This document shows, in pieces, positions 1 to 8,378 of a stretch of DNA of 43,550 nucleotides (within the stretch, counting starts at the first letter, position 1; every line of letters starts with the position of its first letter). Under the pieces are notes generated by a model. It saw only the letters and a list, made by a program, of their open reading frames with translations, made no database searches and was not told where the DNA came from. Location of the stretch: assembly GCA_050253335.1 (NCBI GenBank), contig JBFWJG010000015.1, positions 1-43,550 of the forward strand. Reading direction: 5' to 3'. Origin of the DNA: Deferribacterales bacterium. Its GTDB lineage: Bacteria > Chrysiogenota > Deferribacteres > Deferribacterales > Geovibrionaceae. Both the position numbers and the translations under genes were made by a program.

Positions 1-1
1 A

Positions 2-649
2 AGACCGGAACTTCTTCACAAAGCCCCGCTGAATGATCATGACAGGGCATTTTTACGCAAACTAACACTTGACAAAATAAAATCCAGAAGGTTATATGTA
101 GCTCTTCTTCACTATCCTATGAAAGAGAAGGAGAAGGATGTCGTCGCAACCTCCATCACCAACATGGATCTGCATGACATCTCAAGAAGCTGCACCACCT
201 ACGGTGTCAGAAAATACTTTGTAGTCACTCCCCTCTCAGCCCAGCGCGAAATCGCATCCAGGGTCCTGGACCACTGGCTGGAAGGTTACGGCGCGACTTA
301 CAACGCAAACAGGAAACAGGCTTTCATGGGCACCGCCCTTAAAGAAAGCCTTATGGAAGTTTTGGAAGAAATCGAACGTGTGGAGGGCAAGCGACCCCGC
401 ATCGTAGCCACCACCGCACGCACCGATAGAGCCAATATAAGCTATCCGCAATTGGCGCAGGCCTCCCTTGATGAACCATGCCTTCTCATGTTCGGAACGG
501 GTTGGGGCTTTACGGAAGATGTTTTTCGTCTCGCTGACAACATCCTCCAGCCGATTGACGGTACAGGTGAGTTTAATCACCTTTCCGTGCGGAGCGCTGT
601 GGCAATTATACTGGACAGATTGAACAGGAACTCAGGAGGTCTGTTGTGA
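2..649 (+). CDS. trmD: 3' part of tRNA (guanine-N1)-methyltransferase TrmD fused to a C-terminal SPOUT RNA methyltransferase domain (DUF2168-like); 5'-truncated by the window
   Basis: The frame is open from base 2 ([10 protein letters not shown]..., resembling the TrmD C-terminal RPDLL). It runs without a stop into LYVALLHYP...[13 protein letters not shown]...FGTGWG...FNHLSVRSA. It lies directly upstream of rplS. Confidence 0.8.
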   Translation, partial: RPELLHKAPLNDHDRAFLRKLTLDKIKSRRLYVALLHYPMKEKEKDVVATSITNMDLHDISRSCTTYGVRKYFVVTPLSAQREIASRVLDHWLEGYGATYNANRKQAFMGTALKESLMEVLEEIERVEGKRPRIVATTARTDRANISYPQLAQASLDEPCLLMFGTGWGFTEDVFRLADNILQPIDGTGEFNHLSVRSAVAIILDRLNRNSGGLL

Positions 650-1002
650 AGAACAAGCTGATCGCGTCAATCGAAGCTGAACAGATGAAAAAGGAACTTC
701 CTTCTTTCCGTCCCGGCGATACCGTGAAGGTAAACTTCAGGATCGTGGAAGGAAACAAGGAACGTGTTCAGCCTTACGAAGGACTTGTAATAAGAATTCA
801 CAGAAACGGCGCTTCATCCACTTTCACTGTAAGAAAGATGGTGGGCGACATAGGCGTGGAAAGGATTTTCCCCTTCTATTCACCCAGAATTGAAAGCGTT
901 GTTGTTACACGCACTGGTAAAGTAAGACAGGCACGCCTGTACTACATGAGAAACCTCAAAGGCAAAGCTGCGAGAATCAAAGAACGCAGGAAAGGCTTCT
1001 AA
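646..1002 (+). CDS. rplS: 50S ribosomal protein L19
   Basis: [24 protein letters not shown] and [12 protein letters not shown] motifs; AGGAGG RBS. Confidence 0.98.
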   Translation: MKNKLIASIEAEQMKKELPSFRPGDTVKVNFRIVEGNKERVQPYEGLVIRIHRNGASSTFTVRKMVGDIGVERIFPFYSPRIESVVVTRTGKVRQARLYYMRNLKGKAARIKERRKGF

Positions 1003-1088
1003 GCTCAGGCTTGGAAAAACTAACGAATTTCCGCAAGTGCCTGCTGTTTTCTTGAACCGCAGGCGGCTGTAATAAAGAGGATGTTAAA

Positions 1089-1517
1089 ATGAAGAGCTAT
1101 TGGGCAAAACCTGATGACCTCGAAAAAAAATGGTTCATTGTAGACGCTGACGGACTCGTTCTCGGCAGACTCGCAAGCAATATAGCCATGATCCTTATGG
1201 GGAAAAACAAACCCCAGTACACTCCCACCATTGACACGGGAGACTTCGTTGTCGTTGTAAATGCTGAGAAATTCGCAGTTACAGGCGACAAAATGGTAAA
1301 CAAGAAGTACTACAGACACTCAGGCTACATCGGCGGCCTCAAAGAGAGAAGACTCGAAGAGATGCTTGATAAAAAACCTGAGGAAGTTATAAGGCTCGCC
1401 GTTAGACGTATGCTTCCTAAAACTAAGCTTGGCAGCGCCATGCTCAAGAAGCTTAAAATCTACAGCGGCGAAGCTCACCCCCATGAGGCTCAACAGCCTG
1501 AAAAATTAGAGCTTTAG
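1089..1517 (+). CDS. rplM: 50S ribosomal protein L13
   Basis: [35 protein letters not shown] and HPHEAQQP motifs. Confidence 0.98.
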   Translation: MKSYWAKPDDLEKKWFIVDADGLVLGRLASNIAMILMGKNKPQYTPTIDTGDFVVVVNAEKFAVTGDKMVNKKYYRHSGYIGGLKERRLEEMLDKKPEEVIRLAVRRMLPKTKLGSAMLKKLKIYSGEAHPHEAQQPEKLEL

Positions 1518-1527
1518 GAGGCAGTTC

Positions 1528-1917
1528 ATGGCTGGATACAACTACGGAACCGGTAGAAGAAAAACCTCTATCGCAAGAGTTTTTATAAAACCCGGAAACG
1601 GCACTGTTACCATCAACGGAAAAGAACCCTCTGCTTATTTTCAGAGGGACTCGCTGATTCAGATCAGCCTTCAGCCCCTTGCAAAACTTAACGCCGAAAA
1701 GAAATTCGACGTTCTTGTTACTGTGAAAGGCGGCGGCAAAGGCGGTCAGGCAGGAGCTATCAGACACGGTCTCGCAAGAGCCCTCACTGAGTTCGATGCT
1801 GAATTCAGAGCTCCCCTCAAGAAAGAAGGCTTCCTCACAAGGGATGCAAGAGCTGTGGAAAGAAAGAAACCCGGCCTTCCCAAAGCAAGGAAAAGCCCCC
1901 AGTTCTCCAAACGTTAA
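1528..1917 (+). CDS. rpsI: 30S ribosomal protein S9
   Basis: [26 protein letters not shown] and [10 protein letters not shown] motifs. Confidence 0.98.
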   Translation: MAGYNYGTGRRKTSIARVFIKPGNGTVTINGKEPSAYFQRDSLIQISLQPLAKLNAEKKFDVLVTVKGGGKGGQAGAIRHGLARALTEFDAEFRAPLKKEGFLTRDARAVERKKPGLPKARKSPQFSKR

Positions 1918-1938
1918 TCAACACCGCAAAATACTCAG

Positions 1939-1965
1939 AAGGAGCCGGAAACGGCTCCTTTTTTT
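1939..1965 (+). terminator. Rho-independent terminator of the rplM-rpsI transcript
   Basis: AAGGAGCCG-GAAA-CGGCTCCTT hairpin followed by a T run. Confidence 0.9.
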
Positions 1966-2239
1966 ATGCAGTGTACCGTAAGCTTCTCACTTCAATCTGT
2001 TTTACCATCTGCTGTGCCGTTTTCTCTGCGCTTCTCCTCTGCCGCACAGTTTCAGCAAAAAGACTCAAATCCGTTCCGTTCTTTCATCTCCCTAGCAAGT
2101 TTCCTTCAACAGACAAAATAACTCGTATTCATGATTATATTTATCAATATACTCATGAATAAATATTGTCCGTGACGCTGAAAGAAAGGAAAATTCATCT
2201 CCTCCCTGCAGCCTGAAGCAAATAACAATTTTTGTCGAG

Positions 2240-2801
2240 TTTTCAACATTCCGGATGTGGAAAGGCTGTGGAGAAAAAAACCTCAAACCTACAACAAGTT
2301 CTGCTTAACATAACTTAACACTGCTTTTTTCCACATGTTATCCGTGACTTATAACATTTTCAATACTGATGTGGGTTTTCCCCTGTCAAGCACTTTTTTC
2401 TCCACAGATTTGTGGAATCTCTATTGAAAATAATGTCTGATAAATGTGAAAACCCCTTCAAATAAGGATTTGAGGTTTACTGACTATTTTTTAGTCACCA
2501 AAATATACATTATAAAAAAAATGTGAACCCATACTCTTTGATTTATATATTCGCATTATTCGATATTATTACATTTTCTAATGATAGCTTTTTTCATCAA
2601 CACTCACTTTTTTCATGGAATATTTACTGTTTTTCATTGTGGAAAACTTGTTGATAATTTTAGGCTCAGAATCCCCTGTATACAATGATCACAGGATATT
2701 ACAAATTATTACCTTTAATATCATACAGATACAAAGAGTGCCCATTTTCAGAGGCTTTAGGCTGTCAAGCATTTTTTTCTCCACAGATTTGTGGAATATC
2801 T
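2240..2801. promoter_or_regulatory. Cluster of DnaA-box-like 9-mers with a central AT-rich tract (oriC-like or DnaA titration locus)
   Basis: TTTTCCACA at 2327-2335 (+) and 2638-2646 (-). TTCTCCACA at 2267-2275 (-), 2398-2406 (+) and 2777-2785 (+). TTATCAACA at 2649-2657 (-), TTTTCAACA at 2240-2248 and CTTTCCACA at 2256-2264 (-). Weaker boxes at 2411-2419 and 2790-2798. AT-rich stretch at about 2485-2600. Confidence 0.7.
2383..2801 (+). repeat. 40-bp direct repeat pair (2383-2422 and 2762-2801), each holding two opposed DnaA-box-like sites
   Basis: CTGTCAAGCA(C/T)TTTTTTCTCCACAGATTTGTGGAAT(C/A)TCT, with 2 mismatches between copies. Confidence 0.9.
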
Positions 2802-2941
2802 GTTAAGAATCCATTTATTGCAGATGAAGATTTGCTTGGGAAAAGGGTTCCCGCTGATCGGCTAAATTTTGTGCACTGAAAACCCGGCAGTAAAAAAATA
2901 AAGTTATTTTTAAGACGCATTCAGCCTTCTTTACTCAGAGC

Positions 2942-2973
2942 AAAAAAAAGCCGCAGACTTAAAATCTGCGGCT
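2942..2973 (-). terminator. Rho-independent terminator downstream of the cheW-cheZ fusion
   Basis: AGCCGCAGA...TCTGCGGCT inverted repeat with A8 on its left, giving a U-tract on the minus strand. Confidence 0.85.
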
Positions 2974-2996
2974 GTGTGGTTTAGTCTCCGAACTTG

Positions 2997-4880
2997 TCAG
3001 TTAAGCCCGAACTCTGCAAGAAGCATGTCTATATCGTCCTGCGTTGCTCCGCTTATGCTTTCTCCAGTCTCGTCTTTTTTGGCCTTTATAATGCCCAGAA
3101 TTGCGCCGATTCTCGCACCGACATCCTCAACGGACTTTATAACCTTTCTCAGTTTCTGCTCTGTTATATCCTGAAACTCAAGAGCATGGAGTATTCCGAA
3201 ACCGAGACTTTCCGCCAGCTCTATATCTGATTCTATGTGATCGATTTTTTTAAGCAGGCTTTTTGCATCCTTCTTGTACACAAGGTCTTCAAAGTCTTCA
3301 ATATCGCTGAGGAACTGGGAGTAGAAGGCAGTCATCTTGTCGGCCGCCTCCATCAGGTTCATGGTTGCTTCCTCGGTTTTCTCATTGACCTGCTCAAGTG
3401 ATTCAACAACAACTGGCATACTGTCTTTTGACATAATAATAGTCGGGTCAATTTCATCGACTTTTGTTTTGGTATTAAGGATCAGTCTGAGAAGTTCGCC
3501 GATTTCGCCTTTGATGTCTATTCCGAGATCCACGGCATCGCCGTTGATAATTTTCTGTGAAAGGTTTTTGAGTTCTTCAAGGGAGTCTGTCTCAATGAAC
3601 ATTCCCCTTCCTGAAGGAGCATCGGAAGCTGTTTTCACAGCAAAAACACCGGGCTCCTCAAGCCTCACTGTTTCGGGTGCAGATTTCTGAACATCAAATG
3701 ATTCCGCTTCAAGGAGGATATCTTCTAGATCTTCGTCAGCCTGTGCAGGCTCGGCTTCAGCTTCTTCAAGTGCCTCAGCGGTGCTTTGAGCAGTGAGCAG
3801 CTCTTCCATGGAGGGTCCGGAAAAGTCTTCTCCGGAGAGTTCATCATTAATCTCTTCTTCCGAAGCGGCAACAGCGGCCGCTTCATCAGCGAAGAAGGAG
3901 GAAACGCTGAACTCCTCCTCCCCTATTTTTTCATTTTTTTTTTCCTGTTCTTTTCTCTGGCGGTTAAGCTCTTCCGTTTCTTTTTCTCTTTTAGCAAGTT
4001 CCATTGCTATAAGAGCATCAAGCTCGTCCTGAACCACATGCCCCTGATCGCCTTTGACCATGTGGTCGCTCTGGCTGAGTGCGTCATTAAGAATATCCTC
4101 TACGTCCGCATCCCCCTCAGCTTCATGGAATTCGGGCGCCGCCTTTTTTCTGTTAAGCTCGTCGGTTTCCTCTTCTCTTTTGGCAAGTTCTTTTGCGATG
4201 AGGTCATCTATATTGTCAAGCTCATCACTTCCGCCTTCATCGTCAGCGGCAGTTTCAGGTTCCTCTGCTGTGTCCTCTTCGGCAATCTCGCTTTCAACCG
4301 CGTCTGCAACATCGTCATAATTCACAACAGGTTTCGCTTCTATGGCAGTCTGTCCGAGGAAGCGTTTTCTGAGGTCGCTTTCAGCAACAGCTTTCCCTTC
4401 AGCTATAACCGTGTCTATATCAAGGAGGATTATAAGTCTGTCGTCATACTTGCAGATTCCCAGTATGTATTCCTGACCTATGGAGCCCACAAGGGGAGGG
4501 GTGGGGTCTACCATGTTTTTGCTGATTCGGATAACTTCCGTAACTTCATCAACAACAAAGCCGATATGCTCACTATCGAAACGGACAACGATTATTCTCG
4601 TTTCCTTGTCAAAATCCATTTTATCGAGATTGAATCTTACCCTGAGATCCACAACGGGAATAACCTTGCCCCTGAGGTTCATCACCCCGAGAACAAAGGA
4701 ATCGGTCCGGGGGACAGAGGTAATCTCCACCGTGCGGATGATCTCCTGAATTTTGAGAACATCTATGGCATATTCTTCATCTCCGAGTTTGAGCCCTACA
4801 AGCTGGACTATCTCCTTCTCTTCAAGTGAATCAAACTCTTCATCCAATCCAGCAGGATTTACCGGCTTTAGATTGCTCAT
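2997..4880 (-). CDS. CheW domain + long acidic linker + CheZ-like phosphatase domain fusion protein
   Basis: N-terminal CheW (EEYAIDVLKIQEII...GVMNLRGKVIPVVDLR...GFVVDEV). C-terminal CheZ hallmarks TEEATMNLM, LEFQDITEQKLRKV and the terminal TQDDIDMLLAEFG. Confidence 0.85.
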   Translation of the reverse strand: MSNLKPVNPAGLDEEFDSLEEKEIVQLVGLKLGDEEYAIDVLKIQEIIRTVEITSVPRTDSFVLGVMNLRGKVIPVVDLRVRFNLDKMDFDKETRIIVVRFDSEHIGFVVDEVTEVIRISKNMVDPTPPLVGSIGQEYILGICKYDDRLIILLDIDTVIAEGKAVAESDLRKRFLGQTAIEAKPVVNYDDVADAVESEIAEEDTAEEPETAADDEGGSDELDNIDDLIAKELAKREEETDELNRKKAAPEFHEAEGDADVEDILNDALSQSDHMVKGDQGHVVQDELDALIAMELAKREKETEELNRQRKEQEKKNEKIGEEEFSVSSFFADEAAAVAASEEEINDELSGEDFSGPSMEELLTAQSTAEALEEAEAEPAQADEDLEDILLEAESFDVQKSAPETVRLEEPGVFAVKTASDAPSGRGMFIETDSLEELKNLSQKIINGDAVDLGIDIKGEIGELLRLILNTKTKVDEIDPTIIMSKDSMPVVVESLEQVNEKTEEATMNLMEAADKMTAFYSQFLSDIEDFEDLVYKKDAKSLLKKIDHIESDIELAESLGFGILHALEFQDITEQKLRKVIKSVEDVGARIGAILGIIKAKKDETGESISGATQDDIDMLLAEFGLN

Positions 4881-4891
4881 TGAACACCCCT

Positions 4892-5776
4892 TTACAGCTT
4901 TGCGAGAAGCTGCTGTCTTACGTCATCAATGCAGGAGTTCACTTCCCTGCTGACGAGGCTTGTGTAGAAAGGTTTTAAGAGCTTAATGCTCTCGCTTACT
5001 TTAACATCATAAGGTATGAACCCTATTTTTTCAATATCTATACTGAGGTATTTTTTCGCAACTGTTTCAAAACCGTAAAAAACATTAAGTTCTTTTCTGG
5101 TTTTCAGCATATTGAGGATTATCCCCACCTTGTATGAGGAGGCCGCCTCTTCCGTTTTTGGCACATAAGCAGGGTCGATCTCCCTTACTGCTTCCCTTAT
5201 GGAGGCAAGACTGGGGAAGTTCATGCTCTTGCTGCGGATTTTCTTGCAGATATCCGCAAAGCGGTAGTCCTTCCTGAGGAGCTGCTCCACTTTCCTGTAC
5301 AGCGCGATTTTAAGAAAGCCGTAAGAGTTTTCCAGTGATGTCGGTTCGCTGTTCATTATCATAATTTTTTTATCGGCAGAATTGAAAAAATCTATCATGT
5401 TATAGCTTGTTCCTGCGCCAAGATCCATGACAACATATTCGTATTCAAGGGTTTTAAGTCTGTTAAGAATTTTCAGTTTTTCGTAGTTGGTGATATGAGC
5501 CATGCCGAGCACATCGCCTGTGCCGCCTATGAAATCAACACCGGCGGGACTTTTCTGTATTATGTCCCCGATGCGGAAGCTCTCTTTCAAAAAATTATAA
5601 AGACCTGTTCCCGGAAGCTTCAGCCCCACGAAGTCATGCAGGTTCGCACCGCCCAGATCCGCGTCAACAAGGAGAACCCTCCTCCCCGCGGCAGTGAGCG
5701 ACATCGCAATATTCGCGGAAAAAAAACTCTTACCTACCCCGCCTTTACCGCTGGCAACGGAAATTATCTCAGCCAT
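4892..5776 (-). CDS. MinD/FlhG-family P-loop ATPase
   Basis: Deviant Walker A SGKGGVGKS, VDADLGGANL, DLGAGT and EPTSLENSY. The start is placed at MAEII; 5791 is an alternative. Confidence 0.88.
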   Translation of the reverse strand: MAEIISVASGKGGVGKSFFSANIAMSLTAAGRRVLLVDADLGGANLHDFVGLKLPGTGLYNFLKESFRIGDIIQKSPAGVDFIGGTGDVLGMAHITNYEKLKILNRLKTLEYEYVVMDLGAGTSYNMIDFFNSADKKIMIMNSEPTSLENSYGFLKIALYRKVEQLLRKDYRFADICKKIRSKSMNFPSLASIREAVREIDPAYVPKTEEAASSYKVGIILNMLKTRKELNVFYGFETVAKKYLSIDIEKIGFIPYDVKVSESIKLLKPFYTSLVSREVNSCIDDVRQQLLAKL

Positions 5777-5797
5777 AACTCCCCGCAACAATGTATT

Positions 5798-6238
5798 TCA
5801 GGTGTTCTGTCTGTACTTCACAGCAACATAATATATCACAAAATATGTTATAACGCCAAATATTAATCCAATCAGGTGAGTGCCCACAAAAAAAGGGAGC
5901 AGAACCGACCTGGCCGCTTCGGCTATCTGCGTTATTGTTATATTCGCCCAGTCCACATCAATGGGAGTGCTGTCCCGCAGAACCCAGCGGCCGAACTTGT
6001 AGCACAAGGCGTAGATAAAGACTATCGTAAGCGGATTGGTGATATAAGCGCCCAGAAGCAGCGGATACATGGGCAGGCTGAATATGAAGGAGATTCCGAT
6101 GGCCAGCGCTGTGTGGAAGCCCACATAAGGGGAGAAGCCGATCATAACCCCCACCGCCGAGGAAACTGCAATAATCTGAGGGGAATAGTCAAGCTGAAAC
6201 AGCTTCCTCAGCTTTGTGCGAATCATATTGAACGCCAT
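5798..6238 (-). CDS. DUF2062-family membrane protein
   Basis: SPQIIA...AVGVMIGFSPYVGFHT...ITNPLT pattern with hydrophobic helices. Confidence 0.8.
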   Translation of the reverse strand: MAFNMIRTKLRKLFQLDYSPQIIAVSSAVGVMIGFSPYVGFHTALAIGISFIFSLPMYPLLLGAYITNPLTIVFIYALCYKFGRWVLRDSTPIDVDWANITITQIAEAARSVLLPFFVGTHLIGLIFGVITYFVIYYVAVKYRQNT

Positions 6239-6265
6239 ATATTTTAACCGCCGCTGACATCTCTT

Positions 6266-6287
6266 AAAAAACCGCGCTTGCGCGCGG
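6266..6287 (-). terminator. Rho-independent terminator after the XRE gene
   Basis: Minus strand reads CCGCGC-GCAA-GCGCGG-TTTTTT. Confidence 0.7.
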
Positions 6288-6325
6288 CTTCGGACGATTA
6301 TAAATGAGGCGCGTGGAATTTAAAA

Positions 6326-6925
6326 CTATATTTTCAGAGAGAGAAGAGACTTTTTGCTGAAAACCTCGGTGACTGTGCCCACATGCACCACATCAGGCGT
6401 GTTTATTTTGAGGATTTCAAAATCACTGTTCTCAGGAACAAGAAGACCTTCACCGCCTTTCAGAAGGTATCTGCGGATGAACGGCCTTCTGTCCGCATCA
6501 AGCAGAAACAGGAGATTCCCGTGTCTCAGCCTCCCCTCGTCCCTCACCCATAGTGCAATGTCCCCTTCCGATATAACAGGGTGCATCGAGTTGCAAACAG
6601 CAATATGCGCATACCTGTCAGGATTGCTGAGGGTGAAAGGGGTCTTGATTATCTCGGCTGCGGGCAGAAAAATGTCAGTATCAGTCTTTTTGAAAAAGGG
6701 CTGAAACATTTCCCCTGTCCCGTGATAGATCCAGTCTGCCGATACCCCGTATTCATCCATAAGAAGCCTGAGATTGCTTTCGCTTATGAATCTGTCGCCC
6801 GATTCCCAGTTCTGGACAGATCTGTATGAGGAGTAGATCCTGTCCGCAAATTCCCTCTGGGTAAGCCCCAGAAAATTTCTCAGCTGTTTAATTCTTTTTC
6901 CGATTTCCTTGTTTTTTCGACACAT
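6326..6925 (-). CDS. XRE-family HTH / S24-like (CI/LexA-type) transcriptional regulator
   Basis: IGKRIKQLR...LTQREFAD...VQNWESG...SADWIYHGTGEMF; C-terminal NSMHPVISEGD...LVPENSDF. Confidence 0.85.
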   Translation of the reverse strand: MCRKNKEIGKRIKQLRNFLGLTQREFADRIYSSYRSVQNWESGDRFISESNLRLLMDEYGVSADWIYHGTGEMFQPFFKKTDTDIFLPAAEIIKTPFTLSNPDRYAHIAVCNSMHPVISEGDIALWVRDEGRLRHGNLLFLLDADRRPFIRRYLLKGGEGLLVPENSDFEILKINTPDVVHVGTVTEVFSKKSLLSLKI

Positions 6926-6941
6926 TTATTCGTTTTATCCC

Positions 6942-6970
6942 TTGACACCTTACACTCATGGGTGTAACTT
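6942..6970 (+). promoter_or_regulatory. Sigma70-like promoter overlapped by an 18-bp palindromic operator, divergent from the XRE gene
   Basis: TTGACA (6942-6947), 17 bp, TAACTT (6965-6970). Palindrome TTACACTCATGGGTGTAA at 6950-6967. Confidence 0.6.
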
Positions 6971-7166
6971 ATACACATTAGCACCATAAAGAAATTATAT
7001 ATTATTGCAAAATGAAAACTTTTACAAGAGAATAGCTTGCGGTATGGGAAAAGGCGGAAGTCAGTTCACATTTCAGGAATCTTAACGCAGGCGAAAAGCC
7101 GGAAGCAGGCAGTGTTAATTGAAACAGGACAGGGTAAGTTTTCAGCTTCAGCGAAATAAAGGAAAA

Positions 7167-7240
7167 TCGGGATGGGGGGATTTGAACCCCCGACCCCTGG
7201 TTCCCGAAACCAGTACGCTACCAAGCTGCGCTACATCCCG
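7167..7240 (-). tRNA. tRNA-Pro(CGG); CCA not encoded
   Basis: Reverse complement is CGGGATGTAGCGCAGCTTGGTAGCGTACTGGTTTCGGGAACCAGGGGTCGGGGGTTCAAATCCCCCCATCCCGA. The anticodon loop is TT-CGG-GA. Confidence 0.95.
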
Positions 7241-7471
7241 TACAATTGATAACTTAGCACATTTTCTCTTTCTTTTGCAAGAATATATACGAAGAAAAAG
7301 ACTCTGTGTAAATATATATTTGATATCGGCAGGAGAAACAGGAAAAGTTTTTTTGTTTATCTGAGACCTTTATTCAGCTGATTTTGCGTGATTCTCATTA
7401 CGTGGATGCGGCAGGCCTCCCATAACAACTAGTATATTTACACAAAAAATATTATAAGGTAATGTTAGGCT

Positions 7472-8281
7472 ATGATTGGAGAAAAACTTAGAAGACTAAT
7501 TAAACGTAAAGGAATCAAGCAGGTAGAGGTATGCAGAGCCGTCGGGCTTTCACCGTCCAGACTCTCCAACTACCTCAGCGGAAGCAGAGAACCGGACCTC
7601 GAAACTCTTTCCAAAATCGCCCGCTTTCTCGAAGTTAAGCTTGATTATTTCGCCTTCGGCGACTCCATCAAAAACACCAGAGAGATCGGTGAAAGAATCA
7701 AGAAAATCAGGGAAATGAGAGGACTGACAAAGAAAGACCTTTCCGATTCCACAGGTTATGACCTGACATTCTTTGCCGCTCTTGAACTCGGCCACGGGGA
7801 ATTTGAAAGAGAAACAATCGAAACCATCTCTCAGATACTGAAATACGGCGCTGACGAGCTTATCGGAAGCGGCGATCAGACTCCGGAAGCACTTTCCGCT
7901 GTTATGGAAAACGAGGTTGTGGACTACTTCCCCGCTTCTCCCGAAACCCAGTATCATCTGGATGACATTGCCTCAGGCAGGACGGAAACTCTCAAAATTC
8001 CCTTCTGGACAGTTGTGACAGACGGAAGATTCGCACCGAAAATAAACGAAAACGAACTCGTTTTTGTTGAAAAAATAACCGGCTTCCCATCTGACAGAGA
8101 ATCAGTTCTCTTCGCCTCAGACGGAACACTCAGACTCATGCGCTGTTTTGAGTATCCGGATTCAGTGCTTCTTGCACCCGAATCAAAGGCGGGTGAACCC
8201 ATCAGCCTCAATAAAAACGAGGAAATGAAACCCGGAAGCCGCTGCTACAAAATACACTGGATTGCAAAAAAACCTGACTGA
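7472..8281 (+). CDS. Tandem double XRE-HTH regulator with degenerate S24-like C-terminal domain
   Basis: Two HTH_3-like repeats (IGEKLRRLI...LSNYLSGSREPDLETL; IGERIKKIREMRGLTKKDLS) followed by FAPKINENELVFVEK. Confidence 0.85.
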   Translation: MIGEKLRRLIKRKGIKQVEVCRAVGLSPSRLSNYLSGSREPDLETLSKIARFLEVKLDYFAFGDSIKNTREIGERIKKIREMRGLTKKDLSDSTGYDLTFFAALELGHGEFERETIETISQILKYGADELIGSGDQTPEALSAVMENEVVDYFPASPETQYHLDDIASGRTETLKIPFWTVVTDGRFAPKINENELVFVEKITGFPSDRESVLFASDGTLRLMRCFEYPDSVLLAPESKAGEPISLNKNEEMKPGSRCYKIHWIAKKPD

Positions 8282-8285
8282 CAGC

Positions 8286-8310
8286 AAGGAGCCTTCGGGC
8301 TCCTTTTTTT
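8286..8310 (+). terminator. Rho-independent terminator
   Basis: AAGGAGCC-TTCG-GGCTCCTT followed by a T run. Confidence 0.9.
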
Positions 8311-8343
8311 GCACTCTACTCATTCACATTAAGAGAATTTTTA

Positions 8344-8372
8344 TTGACAATAAGTCTATATTGATAGATAAT
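8344..8372 (+). promoter_or_regulatory. Sigma70-like promoter, probably giving a leaderless mRNA
   Basis: TTGACA, 17 bp, GATAAT, ending 6 nt before the ATG at 8379. No Shine-Dalgarno sequence. Confidence 0.6.
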
Positions 8373-8378
8373 CCCATC

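Noticed and set aside
2303..2313. XerD-arm-like TTATGTTAAGC on the minus strand
   Set aside because: There is no XerC-like arm at the 6-bp spacing.
1971..2879. Short ORFs in the rpsI-cheW interval
   Set aside because: They are 63-64 aa with no RBS or recognisable motifs and overlap the DnaA-box and AT-rich DNA.
3786..4829. Long antisense ORFs (also 19747..20637, 28604..29368, 31803..32693, 33914..34612)
   Set aside because: They are shadows of well-supported genes on the opposite strand, explained by codon bias.
7119..7364. 81-aa ORF
   Set aside because: It is the antisense reading of tRNA-Pro.
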